Of a stretch of 64,000 nt of DNA, positions 37,954 to 47,205 are shown piece after piece. Origin of the DNA: an uncultured Solirubrobacterales bacterium (GTDB taxonomy: Bacteria; Actinomycetota; Thermoleophilia; Solirubrobacterales; 70-9); the NCBI GenBank assembly GCA_963736685.1, contig CAVTPZ010000017.1, forward strand, positions 9,607 to 73,606. Reading direction: 5' to 3'. The notes beneath the pieces are model-generated. The model ran no database searches. It had not been told where the DNA came from and saw only the letters and a list, made by a program, of their open reading frames with translations. Every line of letters begins with the position of its first letter. Position 1 is the stretch's first letter. A program made the position numbers and the translations under genes.

Positions 37954-39386
37954 CGCGCGGGGGCCGGCGCGACCGGCTCAGCACGCTCATCCGACCTCGG
38001 GCTGTCCAGCGGGAACTCCACGACGAACGTGGTCCCCTGCCCGGGCAGCGACTCGACCGAGACGCGTCCTCCGTTCGCTTCCACGAACCCCTTGACGATC
38101 GCGAGGCCAAGGCCCGCGCCCGTGTGCGAAGGATCGTTGGAGCCTCGGTAGAAGGCCTCGAAGATGCGGTCGAGATCGCGGTCGGCGATCCCAGGCCCCC
38201 GATCCACGACCCGGATCACGAGGCGGCCGGAGACCTCCCGGGCTCGAACAGAGACCCGCTCGCCCCCCGAGTAGCGGGCGGCATTCGAGAGGAGATTGAC
38301 GAACACGCGCTCCAGCTGGGCGGCGTCGGCCCGGATGAACGGCAGCTGCTGGTCGATGGAGAGCTGGAAGCGATCGCGATCGATCTCGAGATCGTTGATC
38401 GCCACTTCGACGACCTCCTCGATCGACGTCCAGTCGGTCGAGGGCTCCGCGGTGCCCGTGCGCAGCCGCGACAGGTCGAGCAGGTTGTCGACAAGGTCTC
38501 CCAGTCGATCCGCATCGTCGATGATCGCCTCGCGCAGGTCCGCTCTGTCCTTTTCGTCGATCGTCGGCGACGTGAGCGCCTCGGCGGCCGCCCGGATCGC
38601 CGTGATTGGCGTACGCAGGTCATGGGAGACCGTGCGCAGCAGCGCGGTCTTGATCTCGTCGCTGCGACGCAGGGCCTCGGTCTCGACCGTCGCACTCATC
38701 AGCGACTCGCGGTCGATCGCCGCGACCAGCAGGGCCTCGAGTCCGGGCACCAGCCGCTGCTGGAGGCGATCCAAGTTGCCACGGTCGATGCCAAGCGGGA
38801 CGACCAGCGTGCCCAGGCGCCGTCCCTGGTGACGGAGCGGCAGCTCGAGGCGCGCAGGGTGATCCACGGCTTCACCGAGCTGGAGCGCCGCAGAGGGGAG
38901 CTCGAGCGCCGTGGCAATGCGCTCGGCGGCGACCGGTAGCGCCGCCATCAGGCTCGGACCGCCGAGCAGGGTTCGCGCCAGCTCCGCCATCAGGTCCGCC
39001 TCACGCCGTCTTGCCTCCGCCTCCTGAGTGCGGCTGCGGGCCAGCTCCGAGAGCGTGCTCGCCATAGCCGCGGTGACGAAGAATGCGGCGAGCGCGACCC
39101 AGTTCCGCGAGTCGGCGATCGTGAACCGCCCGGTCGGCGGCAGGTGGAAGAAGTTGAACGCAGCTGCGCTGAGGAGCGCGGTCAGCATTCCCCACCTGAA
39201 GCCCCAGAAGATCGAGACGCCGAGCACCGCCAGCAGGTAGACGACCCCGAGGGAGACCGCGGGGGCGATCTGCCTGAGCGGATAGATCGCGAGCGTGCAC
39301 AGAGCCACCGACGCGACGGCGACGATCAGTCCCAGGGTCCGTGAGCGAGGCGGCTCGCGGAGCAGGAGCGGTGTGCTCAGCTCCAT
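37950..39386 (-). CDS. kdpD: KdpD C-terminal-type membrane histidine kinase (DUF4118 TM bundle, GAF-like, HisKA, HATPase), lacking the KdpD N-domain
   Basis: ATG at 39386 (MELSTPLLL). Four TM segments are typical of the KdpD core. H-box is VSHDLRTPI and G-box is GAGLGLAIV. Confidence 0.88.
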   Translation of the reverse strand: MELSTPLLLREPPRSRTLGLIVAVASVALCTLAIYPLRQIAPAVSLGVVYLLAVLGVSIFWGFRWGMLTALLSAAAFNFFHLPPTGRFTIADSRNWVALAAFFVTAAMASTLSELARSRTQEAEARRREADLMAELARTLLGGPSLMAALPVAAERIATALELPSAALQLGEAVDHPARLELPLRHQGRRLGTLVVPLGIDRGNLDRLQQRLVPGLEALLVAAIDRESLMSATVETEALRRSDEIKTALLRTVSHDLRTPITAIRAAAEALTSPTIDEKDRADLREAIIDDADRLGDLVDNLLDLSRLRTGTAEPSTDWTSIEEVVEVAINDLEIDRDRFQLSIDQQLPFIRADAAQLERVFVNLLSNAARYSGGERVSVRAREVSGRLVIRVVDRGPGIADRDLDRIFEAFYRGSNDPSHTGAGLGLAIVKGFVEANGGRVSVESLPGQGTTFVVEFPLDSPRSDERAEPVAPAPAR

Positions 39387-39463
39387 CTCGAGAGCAGGGT
39401 ACGACGCTCGGCGCACCGGCAGCGGGCACGCTTGCCCGCGCACGTATATTCGAAGCGGCTGCA

Positions 39464-41371
39464 ATGGCTCGACGGATTCCAAGGGACGAATCGCTGGCGC
39501 GAGTCCACGGGGTGGGCGCGCTCTTCTCGGCGGCCTACGGCAACGTGGGCAGCTCGATCTACTACGCACTCGGCGTCACGGCGGCCTTCGCGCTCGGCCT
39601 GACGCCGGTCGCCTTCGTGATCGCCGGCCTGATCTTCATGGCCACCGCCGCCACCTACGCCGAGGCGACCGTGATGTTCCCCGAGGCCGGCGGCTCGGCG
39701 AGCTTCGCGCGGCATGCCTTCAACGAGCTGGTCAGCTTCTTCGCGGGGTGGGGCCAGATGCTCAACTACATCATCACGGTCGCCATCTCGGCCTTCTTCG
39801 TCCCGCACTACCTGGCGGTGTTCTGGCCGTGGCTCGGGAACTCGCCGGGAGACATCCTCGGCGGCGTCGCGGTGATCGTCTTCCTCGCCGCGCTCAACGT
39901 GAAGGGGACCCAGGAGTCGACGCGGCTCAACCTCGTCCTCGCCGTCGTCGACCTCTGCACCCAGGCCATTCTGGTCGTGATCGGGATGGTGCTCGTCTTC
40001 AGCCCCAGCGTCCTGGTGGACAACGTCCACCTCGGCGTTGCGCCGAGCTGGGGCGACTTCCTGCTCGGGATCGCCGTCGGCATGATCGCCTACACCGGGA
40101 TCGAGACGATCTCCAACATGTCCGAAGAGGCGAAGGACGCCTCCAAGACGATCCCGAAGGGCGTCGGGCTGACTGTCCTGGCCGTCCTCGGCCTCTACGC
40201 GCTGTTGCCGCTGATCGCGCTCTCGGCGATGCCCGTTCATCACGTCGCCGGCCACTACACGACGGATCTGGGCACCAAGTTCGCCGACGACCCGGTGCTC
40301 GGCATTGTCGAGAACCTCGGGCTGAGCTCCGGCCTGACCGACATCCTCCGCTACTACGTCGGGGTGCTCGCCGCGGTCATCCTGCTGATCGCCACGAACG
40401 CCGGACTGATCGGGGTCTCACGACTCACCTTCTCGATGGGCCACTATCGTCAGCTCCCCGAGCGGCTCAGGCAGGTTCACCCCAAGTATCGGACGCCCTA
40501 CGTGGCGATCCTGGTCTTCTCGGCGATCGCGATCATCACCCTGATCCCCGGTGAGACCAAGCTGCTGGCGACGCTCTACTCGTTCGGCGCGATGCTCTCC
40601 TTCACGATCGCCCACATCTCGGTGATCAGGCTGCGCCAGCGCTTTCCGGACCAAGAGCGCGATTGGAAGCCTCCCGGGAGCATCCGTGCCTTTGGCTTCG
40701 ACCTCCCGCTGACCGCCGCCTTCGGCGGGTTCGGGACATTCGCCGCCTGGATCGTCGTGCTGGCCCTCAACCCGCGCACCCTCGTGATCGGCACCGCGTG
40801 GATGCTCCTCGGGATCTCGATCTACCTGCTCTACCGCCGCTCGCAGGGGCTCTCCCCCGTGCAGACCCACAAGGTCGTACTGCCGGAGCCCCTCGGGGTC
40901 GAGGAGGTCGAGTACAAGAGCGTCCTGGTCGCCTTCGAAGAGGACGAGCCGTTCTCGGAACAGACGATGGTCACCGCGGTCAAGCTGGCCTCCAAGAAGC
41001 GCCGCGCAATCCATGTGATCTCGGTCGTCATCGTGCCCAGCCACCTGCCGCTCGACGCCTCGCTGACCGAGCAGGAGGAGGCGGCCCGCTCGAAGATCGA
41101 GCAGGCGAAGCTGATCGGCGGCATGCGCGTCAGCGGGCACGTCCACCGGGCGCGGCCGAACCAGGCGGGCCACTCGATCGCCGAGGAGGCGCGCGAGCTG
41201 AAGGCAAGCGCCCTCGTCATGGGCCTGCGCTACCGCAACGGGGCGCCGCTCTACGGCAAGACGCTGCAGACCGTGCTCGCGGAGCGTCCCTGCCGGGTGA
41301 TCGTGGTCGGCGAGCCGGAGTTGGCCAGGGAGGCGGCCGGGCTCAGCGGACCGGTCGGAGCTTCGGCCTAG
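39464..41371 (+). CDS. APC-family amino acid/polyamine permease with a C-terminal Usp domain
   Basis: ATG at 39464 (MARRIPRDE). It has 12 TM segments and a ~150-aa Usp-like C-terminus (YKSVLVAFEEDE...ASALVMG...RVIVV). Confidence 0.85.
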   Translation: MARRIPRDESLARVHGVGALFSAAYGNVGSSIYYALGVTAAFALGLTPVAFVIAGLIFMATAATYAEATVMFPEAGGSASFARHAFNELVSFFAGWGQMLNYIITVAISAFFVPHYLAVFWPWLGNSPGDILGGVAVIVFLAALNVKGTQESTRLNLVLAVVDLCTQAILVVIGMVLVFSPSVLVDNVHLGVAPSWGDFLLGIAVGMIAYTGIETISNMSEEAKDASKTIPKGVGLTVLAVLGLYALLPLIALSAMPVHHVAGHYTTDLGTKFADDPVLGIVENLGLSSGLTDILRYYVGVLAAVILLIATNAGLIGVSRLTFSMGHYRQLPERLRQVHPKYRTPYVAILVFSAIAIITLIPGETKLLATLYSFGAMLSFTIAHISVIRLRQRFPDQERDWKPPGSIRAFGFDLPLTAAFGGFGTFAAWIVVLALNPRTLVIGTAWMLLGISIYLLYRRSQGLSPVQTHKVVLPEPLGVEEVEYKSVLVAFEEDEPFSEQTMVTAVKLASKKRRAIHVISVVIVPSHLPLDASLTEQEEAARSKIEQAKLIGGMRVSGHVHRARPNQAGHSIAEEARELKASALVMGLRYRNGAPLYGKTLQTVLAERPCRVIVVGEPELAREAAGLSGPVGASA

Positions 41372-42783
41372 CCCCTTTCGAACATCCGCTTGCGCTCGTA
41401 GTCCGTCACGACCTTGTCGAACAGGCCCTGCTCCAGCTGGCCGTAGTTCAGGTAGTGCTTGTGGACCGGCTCGCCGAACGCCTTCTTCGCGAAGTCCGAC
41501 TTCTCCCAGAGCGCGACCGCCTCCCGCAGCGAGGCGGGGAACGCCTCGGCCTCGCCGGCCTCATACGCATTGCCCTTCAGCTCGGGGCCGGGGTCCGTCT
41601 CGTTCTCGATGCCGTCGAGTCCCGCCGCCAGCAGGGCGGCGAAGGCAAGGTACGGGTTGGCGTCCGCGCCCGGGATCCGGCACTCGACCCGGCGCGACTG
41701 CCCGTGCCCGACGACGCGGAAGCCACAGGTGCGGTTGTCCCGGCCCCAGGAGACCGAGGTCGGCGCCCAGCTCTCAGCCGCGTAGCGCTTGTAGGAGTTG
41801 ATGGCGGGAGCGACGAACAGCGACAGCTCGCGGATATGGTTCCGCATCCCGCCGATGAAGTGCATGAAGGTGTCGGTCTCCTCGCCGTCGCCGTCCACGA
41901 AGGCGCTCTTTCCGTCCTCGCCCACCAGGCTCTGGTGGATGTGGCAGGAACTCCCGATGTCGTCCTCGGAGGGCTTCGCCATGAAGCTCGCCGAGATGTC
42001 GTTCAGGAACGCGATCTCCTTGACGCCGTTCTTGTAGATCGTGTGCCGGTCGGCGGAGGTGACCGCGTCCGCGTAGCGGAAGTTGACCTCATGCTGGCCG
42101 TACCAGGCCTCGCCCTTGGAGAACTCGACCGGGATCCCGGCGCCCATCATGCCTCGGCGGATCGCGCCCAGGTACTGCTCGTCCATCGTCGTGGCGAGGA
42201 TGTGGTAGTCGAGGATGTAGGGGATCGTCGGGGTTAGGTCCTTGTATCCCTTCTCCCAGGCCTCGGCGTAGCTCTCCTTGTAGAGGTAGAACTCGAGCTC
42301 GGATGCCGCGTAGGGCGTGAAGCCCATCTCGACCGCCTTCTCGTAGACGGCGATCAGGATCTGGCGCGGCGAGGCGACGACCGGGCTGCCGTCCTCGTTG
42401 ACGACATCCGCCAGAACCAGCGCGGTGCGGTCGAGCCAGGGGATCCGGCGCAGGGTCGACATGTCGGGCTGGATCCCGAAGTCACCGTAGCCGTCCTCCC
42501 AGTTGGCCATCTCATAGCCGGGCAGCGGCTCCATGTCCATGTCGAGGGCCAGCAGGTAGTTGCAGCCCTCGACCCCGTGACCCGTGACCTCCTCGAGGAA
42601 ATACTCGATCTCGATCCGCTTCCCGAACAGCCGGCCCTGCATGTCGGTGAAGGCGGTGACGACGGTGTCGATCGTCCCGTCGTCGCCGGCCTTCTTCAGC
42701 TCATCGAGCGTGAGCATCCCCCGCGTGCCGCCGGGACCGCCTGGTCTGGGAGCAGCTTCCTTGCCCTTCTCCCCTGATGCCAT
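41368..42783 (-). CDS. Glutamine synthetase-family gamma-glutamyl-amine ligase (GlnA3/GlnA4/PuuA-like)
   Basis: GS catalytic-domain motifs (KPSEDDIGSSCHIHQSL, NSYKR, ECRIPGADANPYL). The start is 42783 or the ATG at 42717. Confidence 0.85.
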   Translation of the reverse strand: MASGEKGKEAAPRPGGPGGTRGMLTLDELKKAGDDGTIDTVVTAFTDMQGRLFGKRIEIEYFLEEVTGHGVEGCNYLLALDMDMEPLPGYEMANWEDGYGDFGIQPDMSTLRRIPWLDRTALVLADVVNEDGSPVVASPRQILIAVYEKAVEMGFTPYAASELEFYLYKESYAEAWEKGYKDLTPTIPYILDYHILATTMDEQYLGAIRRGMMGAGIPVEFSKGEAWYGQHEVNFRYADAVTSADRHTIYKNGVKEIAFLNDISASFMAKPSEDDIGSSCHIHQSLVGEDGKSAFVDGDGEETDTFMHFIGGMRNHIRELSLFVAPAINSYKRYAAESWAPTSVSWGRDNRTCGFRVVGHGQSRRVECRIPGADANPYLAFAALLAAGLDGIENETDPGPELKGNAYEAGEAEAFPASLREAVALWEKSDFAKKAFGEPVHKHYLNYGQLEQGLFDKVVTDYERKRMFERG

Positions 42784-42807
42784 CGCCGGACCCTATATCG
42801 TCGGAAC

Positions 42808-44184
42808 ATGGCGAGCAAGGACGCAATCCAGGTGATTGAGCCGGCCACTGCGGAGGTGATGGGGGAGCTGCCTCGCGCCGGTGCGCAGGAGGCGGACGAA
42901 GCGGTGGAGAGGGCCAGGGCGGCCTATCCATCCTGGAGGAAGTTGCCGCCTGGGGATCGCTCGGCGCTGCTTCACCGCCTGACCGACGCGATTGCGGAGC
43001 GGCAGGACGAGCTCGCCAAGCTCGAGGCGCGGAATGCGGGCAAGCCCATCTCCGATGCGCGCGGCGAGATGGGGATGGTGGTCGAAACCTTCCGCTACTA
43101 CGCCGGCGCCCCGGAGCGGCTCACCGGGAAGACGATCCCGGTCGCCGGCGGCATCGACATGACCTTCCGCGAGCCGCTCGGTGTGATCGGGCTGATCACC
43201 CCCTGGAACTTCCCGCTCACGATCGCCTCCTGGAAGATCGCCCCCGCTCTGGCGGCGGGCAACACGATCGTCCTGAAGCCGGCCGAGCTCACCCCGCTGA
43301 CCGCGGTCGAGCTCGAGAAGATCGCGCTCGAGGCCGGCGTGCCCGAGGGCGTGCTCAACGTCGTACCCGGCAAGGGCAGCGTCGCCGGCCAGCGCATCGT
43401 GGAGCACCCCGACGTCGCCAAGATCGCGTTCACCGGCTCGACCGAGGTCGGCCGCGGCATCGCCGAGGCCGCGGCGGCGACCATCAAGCGGGTCACCCTC
43501 GAGCTCGGCGGCAAATCCGCCAACGTGATCTTCGCCGACGCGGACCTGGAGGCCGCCGCAGCCTCCGCCCCGCTCGCCGTCTTCGGCAACGCTGGCCAGG
43601 ACTGCTGCGCCCGCTCGAGGATCCTGGTGGAGCGCTCGGCGATGGACGAGTTCATGTCGGCGCTGGAGAAGGCGGTGACCTCGATCAAGGTCGGTGACCC
43701 GCTCGACGAGTCGACCGAGATGGGCCCGGTGATCTCGGCCGACCAGCTGGAGACGGTCTCCTCATACGTCAACGGCGACGCCCCGGTCGCCTTCCGCGGA
43801 TCGGCGCCCGAGGGCCCCGGCTACTGGTTCCCGCCCACCGTGCTCGCCCCGGTCTCCAATGAGGACCGTCCCGCCCGTGAGGAGATCTTCGGCCCGGTCG
43901 CCTGCGTCATCCCGTTCGACGACGAGGACGAGGCTGTCCGGATCGCCAACGACACGATCTACGGCCTCTCGGGCTCGGTCTGGACGCGCGACGGCGCCAA
44001 GGCGCTGCGCACGGCGCGCGCGATCGAGACGGGCGTCGTCTCGATCAACTCCAACACCTCGGTTCGCGTCTCCACTCCATTCGGTGGCTTCAAGCAGTCC
44101 GGGGTGGGCCGCGAGCTCGGCCCGGACGCGCTCGAGGCGTACAGCGAGGTCAAGAACGTCTACTACGCGACTGAGGAGGAATAG
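42808..44184 (+). CDS. NAD-dependent aldehyde dehydrogenase
   Basis: Motifs ELGGKSA and GQDCCA (catalytic Glu and Cys), plus FTGSTEVG. Confidence 0.92.
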   Translation: MASKDAIQVIEPATAEVMGELPRAGAQEADEAVERARAAYPSWRKLPPGDRSALLHRLTDAIAERQDELAKLEARNAGKPISDARGEMGMVVETFRYYAGAPERLTGKTIPVAGGIDMTFREPLGVIGLITPWNFPLTIASWKIAPALAAGNTIVLKPAELTPLTAVELEKIALEAGVPEGVLNVVPGKGSVAGQRIVEHPDVAKIAFTGSTEVGRGIAEAAAATIKRVTLELGGKSANVIFADADLEAAAASAPLAVFGNAGQDCCARSRILVERSAMDEFMSALEKAVTSIKVGDPLDESTEMGPVISADQLETVSSYVNGDAPVAFRGSAPEGPGYWFPPTVLAPVSNEDRPAREEIFGPVACVIPFDDEDEAVRIANDTIYGLSGSVWTRDGAKALRTARAIETGVVSINSNTSVRVSTPFGGFKQSGVGRELGPDALEAYSEVKNVYYATEEE

Positions 44185-44931
44185 ATGCCCGGACGCCTGG
44201 AGGGGAAGGTGTGCGTGATCACGGGCGCAGCCAGCGGGATCGGCGCCGAGTCGGCCCGGCTCTTCGCCGAGGAGGGCGCCCGGGTCGTCGGCGTCGACCT
44301 GGCGGAGGGGGCGGAGGGCGAGCTCGCCCTGCAGGCCGACGTCGCCGATGAGGACTCGGTCCGGGAGATGTACGCGAAGGCGGCGAGCGAGATGGGCCGC
44401 ATCGACGTGCTCTTCAACAACGCCGGGATCAATCCGACGGACGACCAGTCGGCACTCGAGACCACACTCGAGACCTGGCAGCGCGTCCAGGACGTCAACC
44501 TGAAGTCGGTCTTCCTCTGCTGCAAGTACGGCATCCCCCACCTGCAAGAGGCCGGCGGGGGATCCGTGGTCAACACGGCCTCGTTCGTCGCCGTGATGGG
44601 CGCCGCGACCTCGCAGATCTCCTACACCGCCTCGAAGGGCGGCGTCCTCGCCCTCTCGCGCGAGCTCGGGGTGCAGTTCGGCAAGGAGGGAGTGCGCGTG
44701 AACGCGCTCTGCCCCGGGCCGGTCAACACACCGCTGCTCCAGGAGCTCTTCGCGAAGGACCCCGAGCGGGCGGCCCGCCGCCTGATCCACGTGCCGATGG
44801 GGCGCTTCGGCGAGGCCCGCGAGATCGCGCAGGGCGCGCTCTTCCTCGCGAGCGACGACAGCTCTTACGTGACCGCCTCCACCTTCCTGGTCGACGGCGG
44901 GCTCTCCGGGGCCTACGTCACACCGGAGTAA
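44185..44931 (+). CDS. Short-chain dehydrogenase/reductase
   Basis: Motifs TGAASGIG, NNAG and YTASKGG. It starts directly after the ALDH stop. Confidence 0.9.
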   Translation: MPGRLEGKVCVITGAASGIGAESARLFAEEGARVVGVDLAEGAEGELALQADVADEDSVREMYAKAASEMGRIDVLFNNAGINPTDDQSALETTLETWQRVQDVNLKSVFLCCKYGIPHLQEAGGGSVVNTASFVAVMGAATSQISYTASKGGVLALSRELGVQFGKEGVRVNALCPGPVNTPLLQELFAKDPERAARRLIHVPMGRFGEAREIAQGALFLASDDSSYVTASTFLVDGGLSGAYVTPE

Positions 44932-45628
44932 TCGTTTCCAGGAACCTGCCGCAGAGCTCGCGGCCGAGCCAGTTCCAGTCGCCGACCTTCTCGCGCGTCT
45001 CGTTTCGCAGCGCCTCCGGGTCGACGCCGATCCGGACGGCGTCCTCGTCGGAGCGGTAGTCCTCGATCCACGCCTCGGCATCCGCCGCGCTCACCTCGGC
45101 GTGGAACTGGATCGCCCAGGCCACCTCGCCGACTCGGTAGGCCTGCGCGCAGACCGGGCTGCGCGCGATGACCGTGGCGGACTCGGGTGGCACGGCCTCG
45201 TAGCTGTGCCACTGGAAGGCCTCGAAGCTCGGCGCCAGGGCCCCGAGCAGCGGGTCCGCCATCCCCTCCTCGGTCACCTCGACGGAGTGCCACCCGATCT
45301 CCGGCTCGCTCGCCCGCCGCGCGGATCCGCCCGCCGCCTCGGCCAGCAGCTGCGAACCGAGGCAGACGGCGAGCACGGGCATGCGGTCGTCGATCATCGC
45401 GGCGAGGAAGTCCTTCTCGAAGCGCAGCCAGGGGTGGCGATCCTCCTGGTCGGCGTGCATCGCCCCGCCGAAGGTCAGCACGGCGTCGTACTCGGCGATC
45501 TCTAGCGGCGGTCCGGTTCCCCGCTCCGAGAGCAGCCACTCGTGCAGGTCCACCCCACGCTCGGCCATCTCCTCGGCGAACACCCCGGGACCCGCATCCC
45601 TCTGGTGGACGATGGCGAGCGCCTTCAT
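44918..45628 (-). CDS. Class I glutamine amidotransferase-like protein
   Basis: Motifs LAVCLGSQLL (nucleophile elbow) and IQFHAE. Confidence 0.8.
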   Translation of the reverse strand: MKALAIVHQRDAGPGVFAEEMAERGVDLHEWLLSERGTGPPLEIAEYDAVLTFGGAMHADQEDRHPWLRFEKDFLAAMIDDRMPVLAVCLGSQLLAEAAGGSARRASEPEIGWHSVEVTEEGMADPLLGALAPSFEAFQWHSYEAVPPESATVIARSPVCAQAYRVGEVAWAIQFHAEVSAADAEAWIEDYRSDEDAVRIGVDPEALRNETREKVGDWNWLGRELCGRFLETITPV

Positions 45629-45652
45629 CGGTGAGATACTGGCGAATCCGGC

Positions 45653-46054
45653 ATGGATTCATCGGAGAGCATCAGACGCGTGATCGAGACGGGGGACGCA
45701 CCCGAGCCCATCGGGCCGTACTCGCAGGCCGTGGTGGCGAACGGCGTCCTCTACTGCAGCGGTCAGGTGCCGCTCGATCCCGAGAGCGGCGAGTTGATCG
45801 AAGGTGGGATAGCGGAGCAGGCGGCCAGGTGCCTCGAGAGCCTCGCGGCGGTCTGTCGGGCGGCGGGCACCCGGCTCCAGGACGCTGCGCGGATTGGGAT
45901 TTACCTGACCGACATGGCGGAGTTCCCGAAGGTGAACGACGTGTATGCGACCTTCTTCGAGCAGCCCTTTCCCGTTCGCACCACGGTCGGGGTCGCCGCC
46001 CTTCCCAAGGGCGCGCTGGTGGAGATGGACGCCACCGTTCCGCTGGCCACGTGA
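45653..46054 (+). CDS. ridA: RidA/YjgF-family enamine/imine deaminase
   Basis: Motifs APEPIGPYSQAV and RTTVGVAALPKGALVEMD. Confidence 0.9.
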   Translation: MDSSESIRRVIETGDAPEPIGPYSQAVVANGVLYCSGQVPLDPESGELIEGGIAEQAARCLESLAAVCRAAGTRLQDAARIGIYLTDMAEFPKVNDVYATFFEQPFPVRTTVGVAALPKGALVEMDATVPLAT

Positions 46055-47205
46055 CCGACACCGTCTCGCTCGGAGACATCGAACGCGCTCGCGAAGTCGT
46101 CGCCGACGTCGTCCGGCGCACCTACGTCTTCGAGACCCGCTACCTCTCCCGCACGACCGGAGGGACGATTGCGCTGAAGGCCGAGAACCTCCAGCGGACC
46201 GGCTCCTTCAAGCTGCGCGGCGCCCTCAACAAGATCGCCGCCGTCGAGGAGGGGACCGAGGGCGTCGTGGCGGCGAGCGCCGGGAACCACGGCCAGTCGG
46301 TCGCCTACGCGGCCCGGTCGCGCGGGTTGGCGGCGACGATCTTCATGCCGGAGCGCGCCGCCCTGGCGAAGATCGCCGCGGCGCGTGAGTCCGGTGCGGA
46401 GATCGTGCTTCAGGGTGAGTCGATCGACGCCTCCGTCGAGGACGCTCGCGCCCACGCCGAGAGCGAGGGCCTCGCCTTCATCCACCCCTTCGACGATCCG
46501 GCGGTCATCGCCGGTCAGGGAACGATCGGCCTGGAGCTGGTGGAGGAGGTCGAGGACCTCTCGAAGGTGCTGATCCCGATCGGCGGCGGCGGCCTCGCAT
46601 CCGGTATCGCAACAGCGATCAAGGCGACCCGGCCCAGTGTCGAGATCGTCGGGATTCGGTCGCAGTGCGCGCTCGCCGACGGCATCGCCGTGAAGCACCC
46701 GGGCGAGATCACCGAACCTCTGCTCGAGGAGCTGATTGACCAGGTGGTGACGGTGGACGAGGACGCGATCGCGGACGCGATCATGCTCCTGCTCGAGCGG
46801 ACCAAGCTGGTCGTGGAGGGCGCGGGCGCCGTCGGGGTCGCCGCCCTTGTCGGAGGGCAGGTCGCGCCGGCGGAGACGGGAACGACGGTGGTGATTCTCT
46901 CGGGCGGGAACATCGATACAGGCGTCCTCGCCGATCTCGCCCGCCACCACGAGACCGGGCGCGGCAGGCGCCTGCGGATATTCACCAAGATCCCCGACGA
47001 GCCGGGCTCCCTGGCCGCGCTGCTCACCATGATCGGCGAAGGCGGAGGGAACCTGATCGATGTCGATCACGTGCGGGAGGGCGTCGGGCTGGCGGTCAGC
47101 GAGACCGGGATCGAGCTGGTGATGGAGACCCGGGGGCCCGAACACGCCGAGCGCCTCCTCCGGAACCTCAGGGGGATGGGCTACAAGCCCGACGTGCTCA
47201 GCTGA
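46051..47205 (+). CDS. PLP-dependent threonine ammonia-lyase (short form with one ACT-like domain)
   Basis: The GTG overlaps the ridA stop (GTGA). Motifs are SFKLRGA (PLP Lys) and GAGNHGQ-like SAGNHGQS, plus GGGGL. Confidence 0.88.
   Translation: MTDTVSLGDIERAREVVADVVRRTYVFETRYLSRTTGGTIALKAENLQRTGSFKLRGALNKIAAVEEGTEGVVAASAGNHGQSVAYAARSRGLAATIFMPERAALAKIAAARESGAEIVLQGESIDASVEDARAHAESEGLAFIHPFDDPAVIAGQGTIGLELVEEVEDLSKVLIPIGGGGLASGIATAIKATRPSVEIVGIRSQCALADGIAVKHPGEITEPLLEELIDQVVTVDEDAIADAIMLLLERTKLVVEGAGAVGVAALVGGQVAPAETGTTVVILSGGNIDTGVLADLARHHETGRGRRLRIFTKIPDEPGSLAALLTMIGEGGGNLIDVDHVREGVGLAVSETGIELVMETRGPEHAERLLRNLRGMGYKPDVLS

Noticed and set aside
46600-46700. A possible short internal deletion in the threonine dehydratase (the segment IVGIRSQCALADGIAVKHPG looks compressed relative to my memory of IlvA/TdcB).
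   Set aside because: I cannot align it here. The frame is intact and the key motifs are present, so I did not raise it as a finding.
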